Source: Podarcis vaucheri (lineage: Eukaryota). From it: a DNA stretch of 64,000 nucleotides. The notes below the pieces were generated by a model. The model was given only the letters and a program-made list of their open reading frames with translations, was not told the DNA's origin and did no database searches. Of this stretch, positions 10,800-22,858 are shown piece by piece. Numbering within the stretch: the first letter of the stretch is position 1; each line of letters opens with the position of its first letter. The stretch lies in assembly GCA_965113315.1 (NCBI GenBank), contig OZ220365.1; one strand, written 5' to 3'. Made by a program: the position numbers and the translations under genes.

Positions 10800-11700
10800 A
10801 CACTGGGGACCGCCTCTCGTTGCGCTGACCTTCCTCCCTATCACGTGACTCAAGGCCCGCCCCCCGCCATTTCCTCCGTCCGTGCGCCATTCGCAGGGCT
10901 AGCTGATGGTCTCGCGACGCATCTCCCCCCAACCCCGCCTCTTCCCTCGCACGCGACACGTGACCCGCCTTCCCTATCCGCCATTTTGTCGGGGCGGCCC
11001 GAGGAAGCTTTTTGTAACCTCGGGCTCTTGCGTTTGCGTCCGGTGCGCGCGCGCATGCACGCATGGAGCGTGCTGAGGGAGGATGGTCAGCAGGAGGAGC
11101 AAGGAGGAGCGGCCTCGGCGAGGAGTGAGGGCGGCCGGCCTCCGGGGCTCCTTGAGCCGCCGCCGCCACTACCACCACCGCCGGCAGCGCCATGTACCGT
11201 ACCAGTAGCGTGTCTTCCTCCAGCCGGTCCAAAGAGAGCAGTAGATCGGGCTCGCGCAGTTCCCGCTCCGCTGCCTCCGGTTCGACGCGGGGCCGGAGCC
11301 CGCGCCGCTCACGCTCGCCTTCCCCGCGAGGCCGCCGGTACCGTTCGCCGTCCAGCAGCCGCTCTTCTCGCCGCTTGCCGTCCCCGCGCCGCAGTAGTCG
11401 GGTACGGTCTCCGTCCGTGGGGAACCGGAACTGGGCCGGCTCAGAGCAGGCTTGCCCGGCATAGCGACCGAAGGACCGGGCCTTGGGAATATTAGTCCGC
11501 CCTCCCCTTAATCCCCCGCCCTCCCCACGGCCATGGCAACGGCTCCCTGCCTGGCCGCTCGCTTTCTCGCCTGAGTCACACACCGAAGTGGTGACAAACG
11601 AAGGATACAGTATATCCCCTTTGGTCTCTTCCTGTCGTCGCCTTTCCTGCAGGTTTCAGGAAAGGCGAATCTTCCTTTCGCGCTCCCGAAGTGCACAAAG
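10800..11700 (+). promoter_or_regulatory. CpG island promoter of ZNF318
   Basis: Very GC/CpG-rich; E-boxes TCACGTGAC (10841) and CACGTGAC (about 10957); YY1-type CCGCCATTTT (10978-10987); NRF1-like GCGCGCATGCAC (about 11049-11060). Confidence 0.85.
11192..11401 (+). CDS. ZNF318: ZNF318 exon 1 (RS/SP-rich N-terminus)
   Basis: gcgccATGt; MYRTSSVSSSSRSK...RRSSR; phase-0 donor CGG|GTacgg matches the phase-0 acceptor of exon 2. Confidence 0.85.
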
Positions 11701-12654
11701 ACCTCTCACATCGCTGGGCCAGGGCCTTAGCAACCTCTGGCATCCCCCCAACAGTTGTACCTGCAAGCACAGTTTTGGTTAGGGGAGGACTAACACAAAG
11801 GCATAGTTGTTCAGCCAAAGTTGGCGGGCTCCCCCCCCCCCCACAAAAGTCACGGAGGACGCAATCCTATGCACACTTACTTGGGAGTAATTTAATTTAG
11901 TAAGACGTCTCAGTAAGTTTAGAGCTGGCCTAAGAGGTTGCCTAAGGTGGAGGAGCAAGTGGTACACCTGCCCTCCGTTTATGGTTCATAAGGCTGGTTC
12001 AGTGATTTTGGAACATGAGACAGAAAATCCAGAAAAACCTCTTCCACCCCCCTTGCTGGCAGTAGGAAGATAATAACAATAACAGACTACTACAGATTCG
12101 CTGCCCTTCCATTACCCTTAAAAGCAGTTGCCTAAGGCACACTCTTCATTTCCTAATGGTAGGGTTGCCCAACATGTTTTTGGGAATTTATCTTCAGGTT
12201 CTTTGGTCATTATTCTTTCTTAGAAAAACAGAGAATGCTTGTAGGCTGTGGGAGCTTAGTTCTTTGTGGATTGAATAGGAACGTAGGACCATGCTAAGTT
12301 TGAAACTAAACATAGTATAGGTTTAGAAGAGTTTTAGTATATTTGTTTTGATTTATAATTTTACTATGCTTGTTCCTATAGCAGAATATAACACAATCCT
12401 AAGCATATTGACTCAAAAATAAGCCTCTTTATATTCAATGGGATTTGATTTCTGATAACTCTGTTTAGGATTGCTGTTAGACAAATTACAGTAAGTTTAT
12501 ACAAAAACTTTTTATACCCCATCTCTTAAAGCAGTACTAGAAAATACTTAGCCGTTACTGAGGGAAATAAATCAGTTATGTGGGCAGACAGCAAGAGTAT
12601 TTGTTTTTTTTTAGCCTAGCTCGCAATTTCTTGGAAATTAAAGGTGGCAGCCTC

Positions 12655-12790
12655 CAGTGTTTTTCAAACTTGGATCCCCAGCTGTTGTTGAACTACGACT
12701 CCCATCATTCCTTACCACTGGTCCTGCTAACTTAAGGTGATAGGAGTTGTAATCCAACAATAGCTGGGGACTCAAGTTTGAGGAAAACTG
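12655..12790. mobile_element. hAT-type palindromic MITE (about 135 bp)
   Basis: CAGTGTTTTTCAAACTTG...CAAGTTTGAGGAAAACTG with internal fold-back; same family as 50604-50737 and 61815-61952. Confidence 0.7.
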
Positions 12791-13908
12791 CTGTAAGCAG
12801 TGTGGGGCCAAATCCTTTCCCATCATTATAGATTTTTTTTAACACATGAGTCACATACACATTTAACCAGACCTCCAGGGACCTCATGCCAGTGGTGGAT
12901 GTGGCCATCCCACGCTTCCATACCCACACTCACATGTGCACACAGGGCACATAGGCCCTTGGCCCTTAGCTGTTCCTCAAGCTGGCCCTCACATTCCCCA
13001 GCCCAGCAGGGACCTCCCTGTTCATCAAGTTATCAGACTGATGGCTGGGCAGGGATTGATTGGATCGTCATCAGGGCACTAGACTGTGTGTGTGTGTGTG
13101 TTTGTTTACTTCACCCACCCCAATGTTATGTCTCTCTTATTTGCTCCCAAAATTGGTAGGTTTTTTAGAGGGCCAGGGAAATGATTTGGGAGGCTTGATT
13201 CAGCTTCCAGGCCAGGGGTTAGCTACCTCTACTCTAAGGAAAATAGTGCTGGGGGCACAGCACTGATGTAATATGTAGATCAAGAAAACTGAACAGAATT
13301 GTGGGGACCTTTCATTAAAGCTCCTAGAGTATGAGTAAGAACCTGCTACTGGTCCTTTTTGATCTTCTGGCTTAGAATGAGCAGAGCTGCTTGTGATCAG
13401 CCCAACCAAGTGAGCAGGAGCTTTCCCCAAATCTTCAGTGGCATAAAAAAATAGTGAAATTGACTTAGGCCATTTATAAAATAATTGTACAATTCTCAGG
13501 CAAGATTCCAGGAAATTAATAGTACTGTATAAAGATTTTCCTGAAAATCCAGACTGCTGACTTGCTGCCCAGTGTTCTTAAAAGGAAAGGCTGAAAACTT
13601 GTGATAGCTGGGGAGTTGAAACCCAACTTAGAAGTGAACAGTAGCCTACTTGAGAGGGACATAAGTCACTTCCAGGTTAGATAAAGGAGCCCCAAACTGA
13701 TATTATGGTTTTATTTCTGCTCATAGCATAAGTGATACATGGGTGGAGTTTATAAAACTACCCATATAAAATTGCATATTTATAAACATGAATTCACCAG
13801 TAGTCATGTACTGTGGCAAAGCAGTTACGTGAGTTTTCTGGATAATTTTGAATCAGAATTTTTCAGTGCCTTAAATTGATTGGGATTGGATTTAGTTTAT
13901 TTGAATTA

Positions 13909-14119
13909 CAGTGGTACCTCTGGTTGTGCATGGGATCCGTTCCGGAGTTCTGGTCAGATCCTGAGGAATTTGCAGTCGGAGGTGCCTGTTCTGCACGCGG
14001 TGCGGTAGAGTGCTTCTGCGCATGCACGCAGCAAAACCCAGAAAAATACTTCCGGCTTTGCCGCATGCGTAACCCGAAGGATACGCAACCAGAGGTGTAT
14101 GTATCCAGAGGTACCACTG
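13909..14119. mobile_element. Tc1/mariner-type MITE family B
   Basis: TA|CAGTGGTACCTCTGG...CCAGAGGTACCACTG|TA; inverted relative at 62850-63036. Confidence 0.85.
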
Positions 14120-14685
14120 TATTTGGTTTTTGGATTTTAATTAAGCCTTGTTTATACATGCATGCTTGAGCACACAAATCTACAAATCAGTAGTTCTCAT
14201 GTGAGAGAGAAGATGCTTTCCAGAGACAGTCATCTAACCAAAAAAATGTTGAAACTTTGAAATGCCCCAAATTTAACTCTATTCTTTCCATCCATTTTAT
14301 TACTAATTAATTTTATGAAACAATATATTCCAAGAAAGTGAGAATATTCTGTAGAAACAAACATCACTGGGGATATTTTCTGCTCTACATTATTGGCTGC
14401 AATTTTTCTTAATGGTAAAGTTGTCAATCTAGTTCCATTGCCTACGCATGTGTTCACAGATGCCTTCAGTGCAGATGAGTGCAAGTTTGATGTGCATTGT
14501 CTGATTTAAGTTGGCGTTAACACTTTAAATTGTTTAATTTCACAGTGGTTTTGGCTTATTCCTTGAATTTAATTTGATTAGTTTTCATTTCAAAGCAACA
14601 AAGGTGATGTCAAAGCAGCTTACAACAATAACGTAATCTATCCTAATAATTAGCATGATGGAACTGTATTTTTCTCCAATTGCAG

Positions 14686-14936
14686 AGACGTTCCACAGGC
14701 CGGCGCTCATGTTCCCCGGGCCGGCACTCATGTTCCCCGGGCCGGCGCTCACGTTCCCCAGGCCGGCGCTCACGTTCCCCAGGCCGGCATTCTCCAAGTC
14801 GACATTCTGAGTCTTCAGTGGAACAGAATTTACGGATCACAGTTGGCAATGACCGTTACGGCATTGACACACCTGAGAGAAAGAGAATATCTGATAGACT
14901 AGGCTCACCAGTTGATAGTCTAAGTGATTTGGACAG
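14686..14936 (+). CDS. ZNF318: ZNF318 exon 2
   Basis: ttgcAG|AGA CGT...GAC AG|GTatgc; contains LRITVGNDRYGIDTPERKRISDRLGSPVD, characteristic of ZNF318. Confidence 0.93.
14689..14792 (+). repeat. coding 21-bp tandem repeat, about 5 copies (R/C-SPGR-R/H-S heptads)
   Basis: Unit cgttccccaggccggcgctca with few substitutions. Confidence 0.9.
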
Positions 14937-15029
14937 GTATGCCTCTGAAGAATAGCCTTTCAGAATTACACCTTCTAGTTCTTGTATCATAGGTGATAGA
15001 AATGATCACCAACCTGCTGTGAGATGGTA

Positions 15030-15272
15030 CAGTGGTGCCTCGCAAGACGAAATTAATCCGTTCCGCGAGTCTCTTCGTCTTGCGGTTTTTTCGTCTTGCA
15101 AAGCGCGGCTATTAGCGGCTTTAAGAAAAAGGAAACGAACTCGCAAGACGTTTCGTCTTGCGAAGCAAGCCCATAGGGAAATTCGTCTTGCGGAACGACT
15201 CAAAAAACGGAAAACTCTTTCGTCTTGCACGTTTTTCGTCTTGCGAGGCATTCGTCTTGCGAGGCACCACTG
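15030..15272. mobile_element. Tc1/mariner-type MITE family C with internal CGTCTTGCG subrepeats
   Basis: TA|CAGTGGTGCCTCGCAAGACGAA...TTCGTCTTGCGAGGCACCACTG|TA; perfect TIR of at least 22 bp. Confidence 0.9.
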
Positions 15273-17021
15273 TATGGAAATTGTATTGGATGGAATATAT
15301 CAAGAATCCCACATCTAAGAGATGTTTTGCTTTCTTCACTTTTACGTCATATTGGTACTCCCAAGTAGTTGCCAAAACCCGGTGGTAGCTCTTAAACTAA
15401 AATTGTGCAGTAAGATTAGATTCTGAAGAACTGCATGCATACAAGTACAGGAATAATATGAATGTATGATTGTTGTTGCTGTAATGTTAACCATGTTGTT
15501 GATAGTGATGGAATATATTATAAATGCCCATAAATTAGAAAGGGATAAAGTTGAAGATAAAAAAACATAAATTAGGAAGTTAAACAGCTAGTTGGCTGAA
15601 GGCAACATAAGATTCTCACTAGATCAACACTCTTGAGTTTTTATGAGAATTTATTTCAGTGGTGAACTACTGTGGATAAAGTTTTTATGTTAGAATATTG
15701 TGAAGCATAATTTATTTTTATTTTTTAATTAGCTCATTTGACTGGAGGGGTACATTTAAATTTTGTTCTTCCCTGCTGAATGGTGGTAGCAGTGCTGGTA
15801 AAGTTTTTCTGGGTACTTTATTCCCAGTATATATAAATAAATAGGAGAGTGTCTTTTATGAAATCTGATGAATACTTTTTCTCCTTCCTGTCATGCTGGC
15901 TTTTGTGAAGGCAGACACTGCATTATTAAGAGTGGGAAATGACTAATTATTTTACTTGCATATAGGGGAGGAATCATTTAGAGACAGGTTAACCTATAAT
16001 GTAATCCTTCAGAGAAGTTTACTACAACGTTGATTGCAGTGGCAGAAAATAAAGTTGCTTTGATCCAGGAATTGTAAATAAGCTTTGGAGAAGGAGTGGA
16101 CCATTTACAGTTTAGTGAGATTGTAATCATAAGAAATTGCTGAGTGCTTGTTCACATGTAGTGCTATATAGGATGGGTGGGAATTTATTTATGCGTCTCC
16201 TCTTTACGTAGGACATGTAGTGTGAATTGTGGCCTGTTGGTGTATGTTTGTGCACTCTTCACACCAAACATCACTTTAGCAGGGCCTCGTTGGTATGAAT
16301 ATTTAGTAAACACCCAGGACAAGCTTTCGGAATGTATACAATATTGCTGAATGTATACTCTTGCTGAATGTATACAATATTGCCCACAGAGTGGAAAACA
16401 ATAGATTTAGAACAGCGTTCTTCTGCTAGCATCAATGATAGTATTACGAGAGGTTTTGAAAATATGTTTGCATCTGAGGAGTATGGTGCATGCAGATAAT
16501 TTCACACAACCTTTTCTGAAGAAGAATGGTGGGAGATGGGCAAAAAAGTACAAAGCTGGTTTTTAATCATTTTTCCTTAATTGAAATCATGAGGATTTTT
16601 AATTGTTCAATCTACAGTACTACCTGTTTTTTTCTGCTCACTTTATTTTTAGTAGACTCTGATCTAAGAGGTTAGCAATAACAGCAAATACAGAACTGAA
16701 ATATTTGCTTTCTGAAAATGAATCAAAGTTCAAGAGAGAATTAAGCACCCATTTAGTAAATTTACTAATTAGTGCTTCTTGGGGGAAGTACTATTTCTAG
16801 GGTGAAACTGCTTTCATTTTCTTTATTTTTCTGATATTTCTTGTGAAACGGAAGAGTCTTTGAGACATAAAAAGTAACAGCAAAGTCATAAGAACAAGGA
16901 TGGCGTAAGTTGGATCTGTAGTTGAGTGCCCATGCTTAGGGTGCTAGTTGTCTATACTTGCTTTCAGGATTTTCCTTCTGTCCATGCCCCTTAACAGTGA
17001 GTCAGTATTTGTTGTCTACAG

Positions 17022-17364
17022 CAGGGATGTCCAACTCCCAAGAGACTGCGATCTGCTCACAGAAAAAAAATATGACCTTCTTCCGGGGTTCAGGTCAAAG
17101 TTGTTGAGCTTCTTTTGGGGAGGAAAGTCAAAGTTGTTGAGCTTTATTTTGGGGGGAAATGGAAAAATCACTCACCAAAAGATTGATCAGGAAACAAAAA
17201 GCCTCACAGTGAAAACTATGTCTTCTATTCTAGCGATCATGCGCAAATGGAGGCGCCGGGTCCAGGTCCTATTCCCCCCCCCCCAAAGGAAAAATCGACC
17301 ATGATCAACTCAAACCTCATGGGGATCAACAAGTTGATTGCGGTCGACCGGTTGGACTTCCCTG
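17022..17364. mobile_element. non-autonomous hAT element (343 bp)
   Basis: TIRs CAGGGATGTCCAAC / GTTGGACTTCCCTG (13/14) and perfect 8-bp TSD GTCTACAG at 17014-17021 and 17365-17372. Confidence 0.9.
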
Positions 17365-18875
17365 GTCTACAGGATATACTCAATTGTCATTTGGATTCTT
17401 TTGCCTTAAGTCTTTTGTGTAATTCTACAAATCTTGAGGTTTTCCTGAGCCTGCTGACAATTGCCTCATGTGCATCAGTGCTGCTCTTTTGACTTAAGTA
17501 AATTTCTGTGCTGGAGAATTGAATTCACTTTTTGTATATAGGATACTTGCACTGTCCATTGTTTGTAGCTAGTTCAGAGTGGCAACTTAATCTTGCTAAC
17601 ATAGTTGTGATTGAAACTCTCTTCCAATTGATATCCTGATCCTATGGACTTGTTTTAGGTGTAATTGGGTCTATAGTGGCTTAAGTGCTATAGCTAAACC
17701 AGAGCACTGTGTTGGATAACTGAGTTGAGTCCCATTTGCCATTATCTACCTTATTCTCCTGGGAACTAACTACCTTTTGGTTGCAGATGTACACAATAGA
17801 TTGTGAAAGACCTTAGAATGTAATTCTGTATTATTTGCTCCTGTCAAAGTGGCATTGCTGTTCTGTTTTAAAGTTCACATTTGAGGTTGGGACACTTTGG
17901 TCTGATTATTTGACCAGTTTGTGTGATGAGCTGCTCATAATGTCAAAGACCAAGAAATCGGCAAAACCACATTTCACTGTTCATTCACAAATTACATTAC
18001 ATGCATATATTATATAAACTTCACTGTTTTTCTTGAAAAATCTTTGAACTGTTAAGGACAGTGATATTTTGTCTTCTAAATGCTGGGTGCATGGGGGGGG
18101 GAATCTCAGAAAGCAGGTTTTGAAAATACTAGCAGGGAAAATGCTTATGTTTTCTTCTATAATATTGTTGCTGATGATGGAGGAATCATAATAGCCATGG
18201 TGTAAAAATACTTCTAAGTAATGTTATGTTGCTCACTTCTCCTGTTTCCATCCTGATGAAGTTATTGCTTCCCTGGATGGATGGTCAGTCAGACAAGAAT
18301 GAATGAATGAATTGTAATGTAATGTATGTAGTCCAAACTTAAGTAAAACAATTAAGGTGTGTGTGTGTGTGTATGAAATAATCTTACAAAAATTACTAGC
18401 CTGCAGGTCAAAGGAGGGACAAGCACTGTGTTTCTGTGCTGGGCCAAGAGGAGGAGGCTTTCCTCCTCTGGCAGCCTCTGGGTTTCTCTGTTGGGCTCAG
18501 AAGTAGCAGAACGCTCTGTCCCTCCTCTGCCAGCCTACTCACTCACCTGCATGCAGCCCGTTGTTGCCTTTGGCTGCCAGGCTAATGCTTAAAATAAAGA
18601 TACTTGGTTGGATCCAGAGTTCTGTGGGCAAAATTTCACTCATGGAACAAGGTGCTCTCAGGTCTTGGCTCTCCTCTGTTTATGTTGCATGTCTCATGGT
18701 CATAAATATCAAGACCTCTAAAATGAGTGGTGAAGGTATTGCTTAATATGCAGCATCTCCAGAACCAGCCATCTTAGCTTCAAAGCATGAATCATGCATT
18801 TTACGCCTCTCTGAGTTCAGGGGATGCTGTTCCAAGTTCCTGACTTTGTTGTACCTTATGTGCCTCTCTTATCAG

Positions 18876-19479
18876 GGATGACTTGGCCGATGGTCCAATA
18901 TTTAGCAGAGGCCTTTCACGTCCTCGAAGCCTTGAGCGATATCCCTCCTGTGAGGAACATGCTTCTAGTCCTTTCAGTATGAGACATAATGAGGACTCTC
19001 ATAGTAGGGATGTTTTCCTCCACCAATCAGACTATAGCATGAACTATGACCATCTACAGGCTCTCCCAAGGGAAACTGATAGGGATGGTGTACTACTTAG
19101 GAAGTCCTCATATTCATCAGAGGATAGAGGGCGAGAGCCCAAACGTCCTCGATATGACAGAGACGACAGACTAATTGACATGAGCATAGAGCCTCAGGGT
19201 TTCCTGCCAGGGACACGAAACTATCGTAAGCGAAGTCCTAGTAGGAGCCCAAGCCCACCATATCTGGATTTCCGCGAGCTTGAAAGTGCTAGGAGAAAAA
19301 GAGAAGAGGAGCTGAGCAGAAATTTGAGTCAAGAATTGCCTGGACATGGTTATATGATCCCTGACAGGAGCAACCCACTTCAGTCTTCCGAACCTCGGTA
19401 TCTCTATAGACCGGATGAAGCACCAGCAATGCCCAAAAAGTCCATCTTGAAGAAACGCGTGGACAATCCTTCTGTGCAG
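18876..19479 (+). CDS. ZNF318: ZNF318 exon 3
   Basis: cttatcAG|G GAT GAC...GTG CAG|GTttgg; REPKRPRYD, FRELESARRKREEE, MPKKSILKKR. Confidence 0.93.
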
Positions 19480-19793
19480 GTTTGGCCTATATTTTTTTCT
19501 CTCCTTACTAAACTGTCAGTTACACTTTGCTCCTTTTTAGTAAATCTTATTATACTTAATCTCTGGAGTAGATACCCTCAGAACAATACCCAGGTCACCC
19601 TTGCTGTTGTGGAATCTTAAATGCCAAAATAACAGCATATTTAGGAACTGCTGTGTCTCTTTCACACCTTCCTACGGTTGACTGTTACTGTTCTAAACCA
19701 CTGGCTATGATCCTGGTGTATCAAAGTTTTGTCTGTTTTATTGGTTATCACTGAATGTATTCACAAATGACAATTATTTCTTTTTTCTTTTAG

Positions 19794-21200
19794 CCTGAAG
19801 TCTTTTCCAGCAGTTCTGCCTCTGTCAAAGAGCCTCCCCTTATTACAGATCATCCTCCTTCGCAGAAGCGTAGCAGCATTGCTCCTTTTTCATCTGAGGT
19901 GGAGAATTTCCTTAAACAGTTCAACAAAAGTGCAGTTACAGAATCTACAAATAAAGAGTCTCAAGGGAGTGTGCATAATTGGAAACTAAATTCTGGCCAA
20001 CAGCAAAACACTTCCCCCTTCGAACAGAATTTCGGCAGTTTTTTGAAACAGAAAGACTATCATGAGTCCATATCAGAGCCTGAAGACCGGCACAATGACT
20101 TCTTACTTCCTCATGAAAGAGCCAGCCAGGATGGGAGTGGCTTTTCACGCATTCTTGGTATGATGGCAGATTCTACCAGTGCTCAGGAAAAGAGAAGGCG
20201 TGGGTTTCCTGACATTGAGGATGAAGAGAAGTTTCTTTATGGTGATGATGAAGATGATTCTAGCATTAATTCCCCTGCTGTGCTAAAGTCAACACTTAGT
20301 GTTGTTAAAGAACCTGAAAGCCTGAAAGAAAGTTCTCCACCTCCTGCTAATCCCTCTGTAAAACCTGGAAAATCCAGACCAGAGTATGAGAAAATTCATG
20401 ACTTGCTCAAAACTATTGGTCTTGACATTGGGGTAGCTGAAATTGGTAAGCTTGCTGCCCGCACTCAGGAACGCCTCCATGGGAAGAAAGCATCTCGTTC
20501 TCCTGATCGTCGTTCAATAACGTCTCATAAATTGGAATCTAGGGAGAGGCGTCGCAGTCGTAGTGACACTCATTCTCCAGAATCAAGGCAGCATCACTCT
20601 CTCTCTCCCTCTGGTTCTTTCCCGCCATCTAAAGATATACCCTCTATTTCAAATTCTGAGCACACAGAAACCATAACTGTAGGGCAAAATAATCCCACTC
20701 CTATACCAGAACAGTCTGTTTCCCCAATATCTCTAATGCCGTCGGCTCCACCTCTTCCTAATTTGTCTTCTACTTCCACTTCGGTTTCCCAGTATAGAGT
20801 TTCTCGCTTTTCACCATTCACTGCAACTCAACTGCCACAAAACTATCCATCTCCCACAGTGCCCCCTCCTGGTTATGATGCATATGGACACTATATGGCA
20901 TATGCAGCATCTGGCTGGCCCATGTATGCTGCTCCTCAGCAGGCTGACCCCACACTTTCAGATGTACATGGGCTTGTCACACTGACAGTACCACCAAATC
21001 CCACGCGACCCAACCTCCGAGTTATTGAGACGGTTTCCACAGGCAAAGGGACTCCCGATACCAAGAGAGATGACTCTGTTCTTGTACAAATCCCTAGTGC
21101 TACGACTTACTCAAAATTATCCCCTCAGTTTTCTCAGCCTTTTAAAAGTGTTAAAGAAAGAATATCCGATGAAAGAAATCGGGCTTCTCAGAAGCTAAAG
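19794..21200 (+). CDS. ZNF318: ZNF318 exon 4
   Basis: ttttAG|CCT GAA...CTA AAG|GTgagt; DFLLPHERASQDGSGFSRIL, FPDIEDEEKFLYGD, IHDLLKTIGLDIGVAEI. Confidence 0.95.
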
Positions 21201-22196
21201 GTGAGTATTTTTAATGATGTTGATAATTTTGTTTCTTACAACACACAATCTAAAGGCATAAGAAGGCTGAGTATCTGTGTTTATTTTTCAATCTTGATTG
21301 CTATTTTTGGAATAGAATGTGCCTCCAGTGTTTAAAAATATTTGACTGTTCAGTTAATCTGTGGCAGGAGATGCCTTATAAACACTTGAAACAAGGACAC
21401 ATTTTATTACTGAGTTGAGTTTCTTAGTGTGTTTCAAGTAGCATTTAAAATTCTTGAAACAAAGTGAAACAGATTACAGTCCTGTGAAATATCCCAAATT
21501 AGCAAGGTTCTCATAAAAATCTCTTTTAGGTTTTCTTTTTATATTCAGTTGCATTTGTGCATTTGGTGTCTTCATTTAGGAGTGAAGAGAAACATCTACT
21601 AAATAATAAGATTCTAGAATAGTAACTAGTACAAGACTAAATTCACCAGGAAAACAGGCAAATATTTCCAAAAATGGATGCTTAATATTATTACATTGCA
21701 GTAGATTATGGCTACGTTCCAACAGTTAGTATGTGCTGCAGCCCATTGATTTCAGTGGGCTTAAGCGTGCTTAATTTTAATTAAAAATCCAGTTGTGTCC
21801 CTCCTTTGACAGAACATTCTTTCAGACTGGAGGCTTCTGTCAGCAGGAAGGGGTGTGTATGATTCTTTTTTTATAACATTTTCCATCTGCAGCCCCTTCA
21901 CTCATTTCAAAGAACTTCCTCTGTAGTTGAGAGAAAAGCAAAAGTTAATTATTAAACTCTTATTTTGATTGAAAAATCAACATAGATACAGCATAGAATA
22001 AATGAGCTGCAACCTCTGAGCAGAGATGCATTTGCATCAGATACTAATCCACAAGGCTACTTTAACATGATTATTGGAATTTCTCAAATTCAAGAAAAAG
22101 CAGTGGGAGACATCCCAGTGGTCTTTGCAGTATTTCTTTGACTGGTCCATGAAAGAGGGTATTTTTATACCTTTGTTTCCTTCATTAACTTTCTAG

Positions 22197-22296
22197 GTAA
22201 TGGAGGAAAGAGAGAAGTTGAGGTCTGAACAGGAAGCACGACAGAAGAAACTGCACTATCTCAAGACTGAATTAGAACGACTTTCAAAACAGCAAG
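22197..22296 (+). CDS. ZNF318: ZNF318 exon 5 (coiled coil)
   Basis: ttctAG|GTA ATG GAG GAA...CAA G|GTac; VMEEREKLRSEQEARQKKLHYLKTELERLSKQQ. Confidence 0.9.
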
Positions 22297-22574
22297 GTAC
22301 TGCTTTCTCTCATGCCTCATTTTTCCCTGTGATGCTCTATAGTGGTGATACCAAGTGTAGGATTAGGCACCCCTAAATATTATCCTAAACAGGAATTAAT
22401 TATTGTGGATCCTGTATTGATTATTGCCAGTTCTGCATTCAGTAATGTGGACAGAACTTTCTGGCATTTGGGCCCAACAGAATGGTGTGGGACACCTTTA
22501 GGTACGCAAAATAATTTTGCATGTGTTAACATGATTTTCTTATGCTTCCTACTCCACTACTTTGACCGACTCAG

Positions 22575-22858
22575 GGGAGATGCTGCGGAAGAAACGTAGG
22601 GAGAAGGATGGACACAAAGATCCTTTGCTAATAGAAGTGAACAAACTACAGGACAACATCATGAAAGAGATTTCTCAGCTGAAGTTACATGCAGAGGCTG
22701 CAGAGAAGAAACAATCTGAGCTTGACAAAGTAGCTCAGATCCTGGGTATTAATATATTTGAAAAGTCCCGGAAGCAATCTTCAGAAAATAAGGACTCATC
22801 AGAAAAAAACAAGTCAGAAAATGCAAAAGGTCAGGAGAGAACTTCCAACTCAGTCAAG
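22575..22858 (+). CDS. ZNF318: ZNF318 exon 6 (coiled coil)
   Basis: tcAG|GG GAG ATG CTG CGG...GTC AAG|GTaaaa; GEMLRKKRREKDGHKDPLL...SELDKVAQILGINIF. Confidence 0.92.

Noticed and set aside
10798-11583. 261-aa antisense ORF and 216-aa GTG ORF over the ZNF318 CpG island
   Set aside because: Expected by-products of very high GC content and the RS-coding exon.
14689-15272. Short regular repeats as a CRISPR array
   Set aside because: Eukaryotic locus; the repeats have no unique spacers and are a coding minisatellite and MITE subrepeats.
16331-16383. aatgtatac(aata)ttgctg short tandem repeats, and the 21-bp duplication at 23550-23591
   Set aside because: Ordinary intronic slippage duplications with nothing to suggest function.
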